The notes beneath the pieces are model-generated. The model worked only from the letters and a program-made list of their open reading frames with translations, ran no database searches and was not told the origin of the DNA. This document shows positions 1-9,400 of a stretch of 64,000 nt of DNA, one piece after another (position 1 is the stretch's first letter; each line of letters opens with the position of its first letter). Source of the stretch: Candidatus Falkowbacteria bacterium (lineage in GTDB: Bacteria; Patescibacteriota; Patescibacteriia; Patescibacteriales; UBA12465); assembly GCA_037134915.1 (NCBI GenBank), contig JBAXLJ010000001.1, positions 229,484 to 293,483 of the forward strand, given 5' to 3'. A program made the translations under genes and the position numbers.

Positions 1-97
1 TCAGAACTTTAAAAAATAAGATTAAATTTGGTTAATTGCCAAGATAATCTATAAATAGGTTATTTTAGCAATTAATCAAATTGTTTAATTCTTAAAA
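1..97 (+). promoter_or_regulatory. Conserved structured cassette leader, copy L1 (truncated by window start)
   Basis: TCAGAACTTTAAAAAATAAG...; near-identical flanks to 776-883 and 16281-16389. Outer stem 27-39/68-80 (13 bp) and inner stem 44-50/57-63. Confidence 0.7.
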
Positions 98-106
98 TTG
101 TTAAAA

Positions 107-601
107 ATGGAAAGTAATTATTTAGTTTTGCCAATTGGCAAGATAAAAACCAAAAGTTTGGAGCCATGGTTTAAATGGTTAGGAAGACAGGGGTATGACG
201 CCTTTACCTCTTTTCAGGAAATAGTGGAATATTTTGAGCAACTAACTAAACCGTTGGGTCGCTCAGAAATAGTTTGTTATTCAGAGTCGAGTTATATTGA
301 ATCGCCAGATTTTCTGAAAGAAGAAGTACTCTTTTGTGTGAATTTCAATATTTGCAAATTAGATGACATGAACGCACATTTATTTGTGAAGTTTTTCATT
401 AATGGAACTGTTGAGATCATGGAAATTTATTTAGACGATTCAGTTTTACTTGGTCAAGTTCAAAATAATATAAAAAAACTTGATCATGTTATTGAGCAGC
501 ACCAAGAGACAAGCAAATTGTCGTGGAAAGAGTTCGTTAAACTGCACGGAGAAATTATGTCTGGTGTTTACAATGTAGAATTAGAAATGCCATCATTTTA
601 A
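107..601 (+). CDS. Hypothetical protein (cassette gene). ORF-track start 98 is TTG; first ATG is at 107.
   Basis: Intact ORF between leader L1 and repeat R1; no recognisable motif. Confidence 0.5.
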   Translation: MESNYLVLPIGKIKTKSLEPWFKWLGRQGYDAFTSFQEIVEYFEQLTKPLGRSEIVCYSESSYIESPDFLKEEVLFCVNFNICKLDDMNAHLFVKFFINGTVEIMEIYLDDSVLLGQVQNNIKKLDHVIEQHQETSKLSWKEFVKLHGEIMSGVYNVELEMPSF

Positions 602-705
602 TGCGATTTAGGTTAATGGTAATTTTTTAATTCTCTTTTTTCTTTGGACCTTAATTTATATAATTCAATATTATGTAAATTAGGGTCTTTTTTATTTTCT
701 TAAGA

Positions 706-775
706 CCATTCCAATTATGCCCCCCCTCTCCGCAGATTGACAGGAGTATACTAATATAGTATGCTTTTTTGTTGA
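706..775 (+). repeat. tRNA-Ser 3'-end-like cassette-boundary repeat R1
   Basis: ATTCCAATTATGCCCCCCCTCTCCGCAG + ATTGACA-N17-TATGCT / hairpin + TTTTTTGTTGA. Confidence 0.8.
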
Positions 776-883
776 TCAGAACTTTAAAAAATAGGATTAT
801 ATTTGGTTAATTGCCAAGTTCATCTGAAAAAGGTGTATTTAGTAATTAATCAAATTAGTAATAAACCTTAAAAATAAAAAGCC
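776..883 (+). promoter_or_regulatory. Conserved structured cassette leader, copy L2
   Basis: Outer stem 802-814/842-854 and inner stem 821-825/831-835; abuts R1 and ends at ATG 884. Confidence 0.7.
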
Positions 884-1453
884 ATGAGAATTATATCAAA
901 TGCCGAATTGCAGCAATTAGCTATGGTGATTAGTAAAAATGACATATCAGTTAGTCAGGTATTGGAGCTGATTAAAAAAAGAAATAAAGTGATTGACGTA
1001 ACTTCAATCGACATTGAATTAATTGTCGATTATAGCAAAAGTGTCGAGCAAGCTATTTCTGAAGGGAATTATGATATTAAAGAGAGTGATATTAACGCTA
1101 ATAATTTCCCCGTTGATCCGGAATTAATAGGAAAGACCGTAAAAGTAAAATCAAGATTATTTAATTTTGATGAACCACTCATTTCGCAGCGCGTTATCCG
1201 AGAGATGGACCAAGTCGATTACCGCCCCGCTAATTTAATGGAAATTCTTGCTTTTGGTGCAGCCCGTCCCGAGCTTCAAAGAGTAATTACAATTATAGCT
1301 TTTGGGTCACGTTGGGAAGACCATGATGGTTATTACTGTTTACCCGCTTTGCATGTTTGTAATAATAAGCGCTATCTAAATACAGCCCTTTTTGCCGAAA
1401 TGTTTACGTCTAGCTTATTCGCTCTTGGTATTCCCAAAGAATCGCCTAAGTAA
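884..1453 (+). CDS. Hypothetical protein (cassette gene)
   Basis: Intact 189-aa ORF directly after leader L2; no motif recognised. Confidence 0.5.
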   Translation: MRIISNAELQQLAMVISKNDISVSQVLELIKKRNKVIDVTSIDIELIVDYSKSVEQAISEGNYDIKESDINANNFPVDPELIGKTVKVKSRLFNFDEPLISQRVIREMDQVDYRPANLMEILAFGAARPELQRVITIIAFGSRWEDHDGYYCLPALHVCNNKRYLNTALFAEMFTSSLFALGIPKESPK

Positions 1454-1490
1454 TTAATTTTTTTTATTATTTTAATCTTTATATATAAAA

Positions 1491-2030
1491 ATGGAAACAA
1501 ATAGTGAAAAAAAATGGACGGAAAAAGATGGTATTATATATTTTTCTGTTACTTCCAATGGCGCTACTGGCGGCCAATGGACTAATGATTTAAAAATAAA
1601 AGGAGTTAGAGTAACCAATGACGCCAAAGAGATCCTGCATTCTGAAAATTTTAAGCCTACTAATGGTTATGTTTACAATATAGCTGTTATAAAGGGTGGA
1701 ATTTTCAGTGATAATTATCGCTTTATCGAAAGAATTCGCCAAGAAGCTCTACGTCACAAATTTTTTAATTCTGACGCAGAAGTAGCGTGTCTTATTAGAG
1801 AAAAATTTTTAAACGAAGACTTGGAGGCGATGGGGTTGCTTTGGATAATAGTAATGCATGAACCAATAAAAATTTCTTCTGATTATAATTTTCCTTCTTC
1901 TTGTCGCGGCAACCTTCTTTGTTCTTCTCATGGCGACCTTGGTCCATTATTGGAAACAGCCACTGATAAATCATTTATTAAGTGGAACAGTCTTCATGGA
2001 TTTGCTTTCTTGGTTTCGAAAACTTTATAA
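1491..2030 (+). CDS. Hypothetical protein (second gene of the same cassette)
   Basis: 179-aa ORF 37 nt after the previous stop with no repeat between them; followed by hairpin AGGGAG..CTCCCT + T-run and R2. Confidence 0.5.
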   Translation: METNSEKKWTEKDGIIYFSVTSNGATGGQWTNDLKIKGVRVTNDAKEILHSENFKPTNGYVYNIAVIKGGIFSDNYRFIERIRQEALRHKFFNSDAEVACLIREKFLNEDLEAMGLLWIIVMHEPIKISSDYNFPSSCRGNLLCSSHGDLGPLLETATDKSFIKWNSLHGFAFLVSKTL

Positions 2031-2119
2031 AAAAAATGACTCAGGGTTTATGATCTTAAAAATATTCGTGTAAAAGTATAGGGAGCTAGTAATAGTCTCC
2101 CTTTTATTTATATAAAACC

Positions 2120-2182
2120 GTTCCAACTTAAGTCCCGCTCTCCCCGCAGATTTAAATAGCCCAATTTTGTGGCTATTTTTTG
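2120..2182 (+). repeat. tRNA-Ser 3'-end-like cassette-boundary repeat R2
   Basis: GTTCCAACTTAAGTCCCGCTCTCCCCGCAG followed by hairpin ATAGCC..GGCTAT + T-run. Confidence 0.75.
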
Positions 2183-2223
2183 ATGGAGAGTTTATCGCTT
2201 TAGAGTGGCGTGCTATAATTTAA

Positions 2224-2493
2224 AATATCAATACCAATAAGATAAGTGAAATTCCTGATAATTTTTATAGGACCAGTATTAAAGCAATTATTTTCGATAA
2301 CAAACATTGACTATTATTTATTCAGGAGAATAATGGCTTGTGGGAGATGCCTGGAGGTGGTTTGGATTATGGCGAAACGCCGCAGGATTGTTTGGCTAGA
2401 GAAATCAAAGAGGAAATGGGGTCGGAAGCAATATATGTAAGCCGGCAGCCATTATACTTTGCTTCGGCTCTAAATATTGATGGCCGCTTTTAA
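2224..2493 (+). pseudogene. Nudix hydrolase remnant (no start codon, in-frame TGA at 2308-2310, C-terminally short)
   Basis: The frame of 2251 reads EIPDNFYRTSIKAIIFDNKH*LLFIQENNGLWEMPGGGLDYGETPQDCLAREIKEEMG. This holds a full Nudix box GX5EX7REUXEEXG. The ORF-track ORF 2246..2440 is a different frame of the same DNA. Confidence 0.75.
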
Positions 2494-2507
2494 TAATTTA
2501 TAATAAT

Positions 2508-2825
2508 ATGAAAAATTCAACCTTAGTTAAATGGGGCGCCACTCACGCTCTTGGGGTGTTGGCTTACATCTTTCTCTTGGCCACCTTTTTTAGTAAAGCC
2601 AACGATTTTTTTGGCAAAGCTGATCACAGCATAGTTAGTCCTATGGCCGCTTTAATGCTCTTTGTCTTTTCGTCTTTAGTAACTGGTGGACTAGTTTTAG
2701 GAAAACCAATTATGCTCTATCTGGATGGTCAAAAAAAAGAAGGAGTAAAATTATTATTTTTTACCGGCGCCAGTATATTCATTTTTATGCTTCTAACTTT
2801 TACAGTTTTATTATTACTAAAATAA
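2508..2825 (+). CDS. Small integral membrane protein (about 3 TM), hypothetical
   Basis: Hydrophobic segments throughout; hairpin AAGACTTC..GAAGTCTT + T-run follows. Confidence 0.55.
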   Translation: MKNSTLVKWGATHALGVLAYIFLLATFFSKANDFFGKADHSIVSPMAALMLFVFSSLVTGGLVLGKPIMLYLDGQKKEGVKLLFFTGASIFIFMLLTFTVLLLLK

Positions 2826-2897
2826 AAGGCCAGAATCATCTAAAAGACTTCGAAAAAGAAGTCTTTTTTGTTTATGTTAGTTTGGGTGTTGACATAA

Positions 2898-2944
2898 TTG
2901 TTAGAATAATATAACATATAGTATATGTTAATTAATTCTAACAA
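2898..2944. promoter_or_regulatory. 47-bp nested palindrome (candidate operator) overlapping a TTGACA promoter
   Basis: TTGTTAGAAT(2898-2907)/ATTCTAACAA(2935-2944) plus the perfect inner palindrome TAACATATA-G-TATATGTTA (2912-2930). Both are centred on 2921. TTGACA lies at 2889-2894. Confidence 0.6.
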
Positions 2945-3494
2945 ATTTATGACTCTAAAAAATTATCAAAAAATTAAACTCGTTTTTGTTTTTTTTCTGG
3001 CACTTATTTTTAGCCAGACAATCTATTACAAGAATTACCTTATTCCCATCGCGCTTATGATTGTTAGTTCCTTGATTCTGATGTGGCTTCGCCGTCGTGT
3101 TAAGGGGGTGGTGGCTGACGAAAGGGATTATGCAACCGGAGGCAAATCAGCTCTTTTAACTATTCAGGTCTATGCTTGGATAGCCTCAATTTCTATGTTT
3201 ATCCTTTATGCTTTGCGTGATGCAAATCCTAGTTACGAACCGATTGCGATGACGCTCGCTTTTTCAACCTGTATTTTAATGCTTCTATATGCGGTTATTT
3301 TTAGATATTTTGATAATTTTAAATTTTCTGATAAAAAAACCATTTATTCCTTTTTGATTTTTATTCTTTTCTTAGTCTTAGCTGTTTTCTCTATTCGTTT
3401 ATTCTCGGGTGAGGATAATTGGGTGTGTCGAAATGGCGCTTGGCAAAAACATGGGCAACCTTCATTCCCAGCGCCCAGCACTGAATGTAAATAA
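2925..3494 (+). CDS. Multi-pass membrane protein, partner of the downstream XRE regulator (DUF2178-like arrangement). True start may be ATG 2949.
   Basis: 4-5 hydrophobic helices; stop lies 2 nt before the HTH gene. ATG 2925 lies inside the palindrome. Confidence 0.55.
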   Translation: MLINSNKFMTLKNYQKIKLVFVFFLALIFSQTIYYKNYLIPIALMIVSSLILMWLRRRVKGVVADERDYATGGKSALLTIQVYAWIASISMFILYALRDANPSYEPIAMTLAFSTCILMLLYAVIFRYFDNFKFSDKKTIYSFLIFILFLVLAVFSIRLFSGEDNWVCRNGAWQKHGQPSFPAPSTECK

Positions 3495-3496
3495 TT

Positions 3497-3688
3497 ATGA
3501 AAAATAACATCCGCGAACTCAGGACCAGTTTAAATTTAACTCAAGAAGAGTTGGCTCAGAAAGCCGGAGTCAGAAGAGAAACTATTGTCTTTCTGGAACA
3601 GGGTAAATATAACCCCTCCTTAAATTTAGCTTACGAAGTTTCTAAAGCCCTCAAGTCTTCAATTGATGAAGTATTTATTTTTGAATAA
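3497..3688 (+). CDS. XRE-family helix-turn-helix transcriptional regulator (63 aa)
   Basis: [39 protein letters not shown] is a classic Cro/CI HTH. Confidence 0.85.
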   Translation: MKNNIRELRTSLNLTQEELAQKAGVRRETIVFLEQGKYNPSLNLAYEVSKALKSSIDEVFIFE

Positions 3689-3747
3689 ACTCTCCCTTTA
3701 AAATTTATTAAAATAAAAACGCCCAGTTTTTAAACCGGGCGTGTTTT

Positions 3748-4434
3748 TTATTTTTGGGGAGCGATTAGACCTACGACTGAATGCTTATCCGGATAAATTT
3801 TAAATCCCGGGCGACTAATCCAGAGACCGCCGATAAATTCCGGCGCTTCTTGTGAAGCAGAACAAAAAAATACCAAGCGATAAGTCATCCGCCAATAAGA
3901 CGCTCCAATAGAAGCTAGCGGCATGTGAAATTTCTGTAAATAGGTGGTTTCTTCGTGGATGGACTTGATGATTGAACCTCTGGTGGCAAAGCCTTTATGA
4001 TTGCTGAAGATTCTCCATTCAGGATACCAAATTTTAGTTAAGTTTTTATCATTTTTTATACAAAACGGCTGACTGAAATCAAGTAATGTCTCGTAGTCGT
4101 TGGCACGGACTCTTCGCCATAGGCCAAGCTTTTCTCCAAGAGGGTAATCGATTTTAAAGTTAGAGTCTCTTGACAGTTCAATTTTATTTTTTAACCAGTG
4201 TTTTTCTGCACCCAAGAGTGAGCCAGCTAAATCAAAAATTATTTCCGCCGATTTTAAACCATTACCATAACTAATTAAATTTAACTGTCCATTAGGGGCG
4301 CAGTCAATTTCGGCCAAAAAATTTTGCTTTTTTTCTGGTTGCAGATTGATTAACAATTCCTTAGCCTGATTTTCATAAGACCTGTCCAACTCTAATATTT
4401 CATTAGAGTTTTTAAATAGATTTTTCTTTTCCAT
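3748..4434 (-). CDS. Hypothetical protein
   Basis: Intact 228-aa ORF; no motif recognised. Confidence 0.45.
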   Translation of the reverse strand: MEKKNLFKNSNEILELDRSYENQAKELLINLQPEKKQNFLAEIDCAPNGQLNLISYGNGLKSAEIIFDLAGSLLGAEKHWLKNKIELSRDSNFKIDYPLGEKLGLWRRVRANDYETLLDFSQPFCIKNDKNLTKIWYPEWRIFSNHKGFATRGSIIKSIHEETTYLQKFHMPLASIGASYWRMTYRLVFFCSASQEAPEFIGGLWISRPGFKIYPDKHSVVGLIAPQK

Positions 4435-4729
4435 GACACCTAATTTTTAAAATTAAACATTAAACGCTATTTGATGATAAAGTTGTTAAAAAACAAAAAA
4501 TCGGATAATATTCCGATTTGAATTGATTGATAATTTGCTGGCCGCCTTTTAGCGGGCTTCTTTTTTATCAACAAAACCAAACCGGATATTCATCCAGCAA
4601 TTCATATTATTATTTTGGTTGATTTTGTTCGATAATTTAAACATGGGATTATTTTAGCACATTTTAAGTAAAAGACAAGACCTTTTAATTATTATATCCC
4701 CCAAGAAACTTGTGTTATAATATAAAAAT

Positions 4730-5401
4730 ATGGAAAAAAATGTGAAAATTGAACCAGAATGGGCGGCGGTTTTAAGCGAAGTTTTTAAAACCGAACAGTT
4801 TAAACAGCTGGCTGATTTTGTTCGGGGTGAGTATTTAAGTAATAAAATTTTTCCCAAACCGGAACATGTTTTTACTGCCTTTTGGCTTACCCCATTTTCT
4901 AAAGTTAAGGTGGTTATTTTAGGTCAGGATCCTTATCATGGTGATGGTCAAGCTCACGGTTTATGTTTTTCTGTGCCTAGTGGCCTGCCGGTGCCGCCAT
5001 CTTTAAAAAATATTTATAAAGAAATTGAAAGTGATTTAGGCATAAATAAAGATTTTAAATCGGGTAATTTAGAAGCTTGGGCTAGTCAAGGAGTTTTTCT
5101 TTTAAATGCCATCTTAACAGTTGTTGCCCATAATCCCGCTTCCCATCAGAATAAGGGTTGGGAAAAATTTACCGATGCAGTTATTAAAACCATCTCGGAT
5201 AAAAAGGAGCACGTAGTTTTTATTTTATGGGGCAATTATGCTCGCAGTAAGAAAAATTTAATTGATGGCCATAAGCATTTGATTTTAGAAGCGCCGCACC
5301 CCTCGCCTTTATCGGCTTACTCAGGATTTTTTGGCTGCCGTCATTTTTCTAAAAGCAACGATTATTTAGCGGCTTGCGGCCAGGAAAAAATCGCTTGGTA
5401 G
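4730..5401 (+). CDS. ung: Uracil-DNA glycosylase, family 1
   Basis: GQDPYH water-activating loop and HPSPLS motif; length 223 aa. Confidence 0.93.
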   Translation: MEKNVKIEPEWAAVLSEVFKTEQFKQLADFVRGEYLSNKIFPKPEHVFTAFWLTPFSKVKVVILGQDPYHGDGQAHGLCFSVPSGLPVPPSLKNIYKEIESDLGINKDFKSGNLEAWASQGVFLLNAILTVVAHNPASHQNKGWEKFTDAVIKTISDKKEHVVFILWGNYARSKKNLIDGHKHLILEAPHPSPLSAYSGFFGCRHFSKSNDYLAACGQEKIAW

Positions 5402-5460
5402 AAATGCTTTATCTAAAGTAATTTGTTATACTGAAAGTAATAATAATTTATCTTTTGTTT

Positions 5461-6432
5461 ATGAACAAAAAAATAGAAGTTTCTCTTAGTCCACAAACCA
5501 TCAGAACGATTCTTTTAGTAGCGTTGGGAATTTTTTTTATCTGGAAATTATCGGACATTTTTATTCTACTAATTACCGCCATCATGGTGGCCTCCGCTTT
5601 AGATCCGGCAGTTAAATGGTTAAACAAAAAGCTATCTTTGACTTTATCGGCCGCTTTAGTAGTTATCGGCCTTATTCTGCCTTTAATTTATGTCGTGGGC
5701 GCGGTGATCCCTGATTTTATCAGCCAATTTCCGGCCATCTCTGAAAGAATCACTGGCACTTTAAGTGCTGCTAGTTTCTTACCGCCATTTTTGCGTCAAT
5801 TAGATTTTTCTCAATATTTTCAAAATGGCAGTTCTTATATTTTAGAATCAACTAAAATGATTGGTGATTTCTTTTTTCAAGCCATCACTTTTATTTTTTT
5901 AGTTTTTTATTTACTAATCGACGGCAAAGATTTGCACCGTTTAGTCGCTTTATCAATCTCTAGCGGTAAACGTAAACAAGTAGAAAAAATATCAGCCGAA
6001 CTCGGCCGAATTAGTGGTCAATATATTAGAGGCAACTTACTGATTTCCTTAATTTGTACTTTAGTAACTCTTGCCGGTTTACTACTTTTAAATATTCCTT
6101 ATGCTTTACCTCTGGCTATTTTTGCTGGAGTCTTGGATTTGTTACCGCTTATTGGGAGTACCATCGGCGCTATTCCGGCAGTCATTCTTGGTTTTACAAT
6201 TTCGCCACTGACCGGGTTGCTGACTATTGTTTTGTTTGGCACTTATCAGGCGATTGAAAACGATATCTTGGCGCCTAATATTTATAATAAGGTTTTAAAC
6301 TTATTACCATTCCTAAGTTTTATCGCCGTTATTGTCGGTTCAATTATTTTTGGTGTCGCCGGCGCTTTCTTGGCTTTGCCGATTGCCGCTGGTATCCCGA
6401 CAATTATTAAATACTTTGAAAAAAGTAAATAA
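5461..6432 (+). CDS. AI-2E/PerM (UPF0118) family transporter
   Basis: Topology of about 8 TM; C-terminal LDLLPLIGSTIGAIPA / FLALPIAA pattern typical of the family. ATG at 5461. Confidence 0.75.
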   Translation: MNKKIEVSLSPQTIRTILLVALGIFFIWKLSDIFILLITAIMVASALDPAVKWLNKKLSLTLSAALVVIGLILPLIYVVGAVIPDFISQFPAISERITGTLSAASFLPPFLRQLDFSQYFQNGSSYILESTKMIGDFFFQAITFIFLVFYLLIDGKDLHRLVALSISSGKRKQVEKISAELGRISGQYIRGNLLISLICTLVTLAGLLLLNIPYALPLAIFAGVLDLLPLIGSTIGAIPAVILGFTISPLTGLLTIVLFGTYQAIENDILAPNIYNKVLNLLPFLSFIAVIVGSIIFGVAGAFLALPIAAGIPTIIKYFEKSK

Positions 6433-6442
6433 TTAATTCTCT

Positions 6443-9400
6443 CTATTTATTATTTCCAGTCCTCTTTAATTTATTCCAGCCGTAGTGCCGGCCTTTTATG
6501 ATAGCTAAAATTGATTTATAGGTGATTACATACATAAACTGACGATAGAAAAATCTCTGAATCAGAATTAACCACATTAATTTTTTAGGTTTTTTCTCTA
6601 GGGTAAAAGCCAAGAGGGAGCCGCAGATATCCATGACGGTAAACATAAGATAACCGACGAAGATGGCACCGAAGTCACCACGAATAATTGATAGCAAAAA
6701 GACTAAATCGCCGATAGGGGATAAGACGGGGAAGATGATTTGGAAAAATAGCATATTAGGCAGAGCGACCCAGCCTAAGTTACCTTTAAAGAATAATTTA
6801 CGATTTTTATATAGACATTGATAAGTGCCATAACTCCAACGGAAGCGTTGTTTGGCTAGGCCACTAATAGTTTCCGGGGCTTCCGTTCGGCTTCTGGCTT
6901 CAGGGGCGTAAACAATCACGCCGCCGTTAGCTAGCAGTCTTAAAGTTAAGTCAGCGTCTTCAGTTAAAGTATCGGTGCCGTAACCGCCTACTGCTAAAAC
7001 TTTATCACGTCGCCAAGCGCCGGTCGCACCCGGAACTACACTAATGCAATTAAGTTCATCAAAAGCTCGGCGATCAAAATTTTGGGTGGTAATATATTCC
7101 AAGGCCTGGAAACCGGTGATTAAATTACGCACATTACCCACCTCTACATTACCGCAAACGGCATCAACTTTGGCATCGGCAAAAGGTTTAGTCAGTTCGT
7201 TGATGGTTTCTGGTAAAAGAATGGTATCACCATCAATTGTGATAATTAAATCATATTTTGCTTCCGTAAAACCTAAGTTTAAAGCTGATGATTTACCGCC
7301 ATTAGGTTTTTTAATTAATCTAATGCGCTCATCTTGCTTCATGAATTTTTCAACTTCAGCGCTAGTGTTGTCAGTTGAGCCATCGTCAATGACTAAAATC
7401 TCTAAGTTTTTCTTGGTACTTTTTTGAAGGGCGACTAAAGTGTAGGCAACGGTTTTTTCTTCGTTATAACAAGGAACGATAACGGTGACTGGTTCAGTAA
7501 AATCTTTTTCTTGACGCTTGCGGTAGTGCTTAGCCGATCTAATTACCATCGCACCTAGAAATAAGATCCGCAAGATGGCAATAACAGTTGTTAAAATAAA
7601 TAACCACGAAATAATTATCCAGCCCCAACGCAAACTGAAATTCCAAATAGAAGTTATTTCCACAAAAAATAATTCACCTCCAGAAAGTGGGGGGTTGATT
7701 TGGTCCCGACTTAAACCGGCAGCGGTATCAAAATTTACAAAAGTATAACCTTCAGCTTTTAATTTAGGAATTAGAATTTTTAGAGCAGCCACGGTTTGGG
7801 AGCGGTCTCCGCCGGCATCGTGCATTACAATGACGTGGTTTTGGGAGTCAGATACTTGATCTAAAACGTTACTGATAATTTTATCGACGCCTGGTTTTTG
7901 CCAATCTTCAGAGTCAATATTAGCACCGGCAATTATATAACCAAGCTTATTAACCGAAGAGATGGCTTTTAGCTGCTCGGGGGTACTTGGAGTTGAGTCG
8001 GTGTCGTAAGGCGGTCTAAAAAGAATGGTTCGTTTATTAGTTTCCGATTCAATTACTCTTTGGGTTTGGTTTAACTCTAAATCTAAACGACCGCGGGAGA
8101 TAGTGGAAATGTCGGGATGCAGATACGTGTGATTACCAAACATAAATCCGTCTTTAGCCATTTGACTAACCACATTAGGATTTCTTTGAGCCTGATCACC
8201 GACTAAGAAGAAGGTGGCTGGAATATTATTATCTTTTAAAACTTTGGTAATTTGCGGCGTCCAAATTTCATCAGGGCCATCATCAAAAGTTAAAATTATT
8301 TGTTTGTCAGGAAAAACTTGACCGACAGCGCCTAAATCGTAACCCGCGGGAATCTTATCGTAGAGAGCGTAATCAATACTGCCGTCGGAATCAGTGGTAA
8401 TTTGGAGGTGACCATTGGCTCGATCACGTTCTAATTTAAATAATTCACTTTGATTTTCAAAAGTAATGGAATTTAACTTGGGGGAATCGGTAAAACTTTG
8501 ACCAGTGGCCTGTTTGTTAAATACCTGCCAATAGGATTCATCTTCATTGCCTAAACGCCACAGGGCAACGCCGGCTACCTGACTTTTTTTGGCAATTAAA
8601 ACTTCATTCCAGGCTGTAGTCCCGTTTAAAAACCAAACTTGGTGTTCGTTGTCGCTGTCATCTTTGTAGCTAAAGTACATATTAAAACCGGAATCAGAAT
8701 TCATTTCTGGTTCGGCTCCCGCTTCACTGGCCAAAGACATGACTTCGTTAAATTTTAAAGATTCGGCTGACGTAGTGGTGCCAATAGTCCAGTCATAACC
8801 GTAAGCTCCTAGAGAAATAATTAGTTTACTTTTGGGTACTGAGTTAATGCCTTGATCAACCACATCTTTGAACCAGTCAGTACTGGCAATCGGCCCGGGG
8901 TCACCGCCAGGGTAGTGCTCGTCATAAGCCATGAGCACGACGTAATCAACTATTTGTCCGATATACTCAAAGTCGTAAGCCGGATCGTTAGCGGTCACAT
9001 CAACGGTTACAAGTTTATTATTTTTATGCAGGATTTCGGTTAGAGTTTTAAGAAATTCCAGATAAGCGTCTCTATCTTCAGGTTTTAAATCTTCTAAGTC
9101 GACATTAATGCCGGCCGCCTTTGACTTTATAACTAAGTCAGCTAAGGCTCCGGCTAAGCAAGAGCTAGTTTCGGAGTTGTGCAAAATAATGCTAGTTTCG
9201 GGACCATACCAGCGGCCTAAATAACCATTAGTAAATCGGGGAATAATCGCCGCCTTGCTAGATGAGCTGATAGCCTTGGTAATATTTGAATCTTCTTTTT
9301 CTAAAACGGAACAACTGGCACTATTTAAAAAATACCAATCAGGAAAAACAATATCCGTGTCGCTAGCGTGTCTTTCAAATGATTGCAGACTAGACGGATC

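Noticed and set aside
2308-2310. Alternative genetic code (UGA = Gly/Trp) to rescue the Nudix ORF
   Set aside because: TGA terminates several well-supported genes at the expected length (pncA 22930-22932, pilO 43223-43225, femAB 49731-49733, cassette ORFs).
2246-2440. ORF-track ORF 2246..2440 (64 aa)
   Set aside because: It is an alternative frame of the Nudix remnant. The Nudix box is encoded in the frame of 2251, so this ORF is most likely spurious.
4440-4729. Small RNA in the 290-bp divergent intergenic region upstream of ung
   Set aside because: The hairpins (AATCGGATAATATTCCGATT and a weak GC stem + T-run at about 4541-4570) are not accompanied by a convincing promoter or by conservation I can assess. 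Evidence is insufficient.
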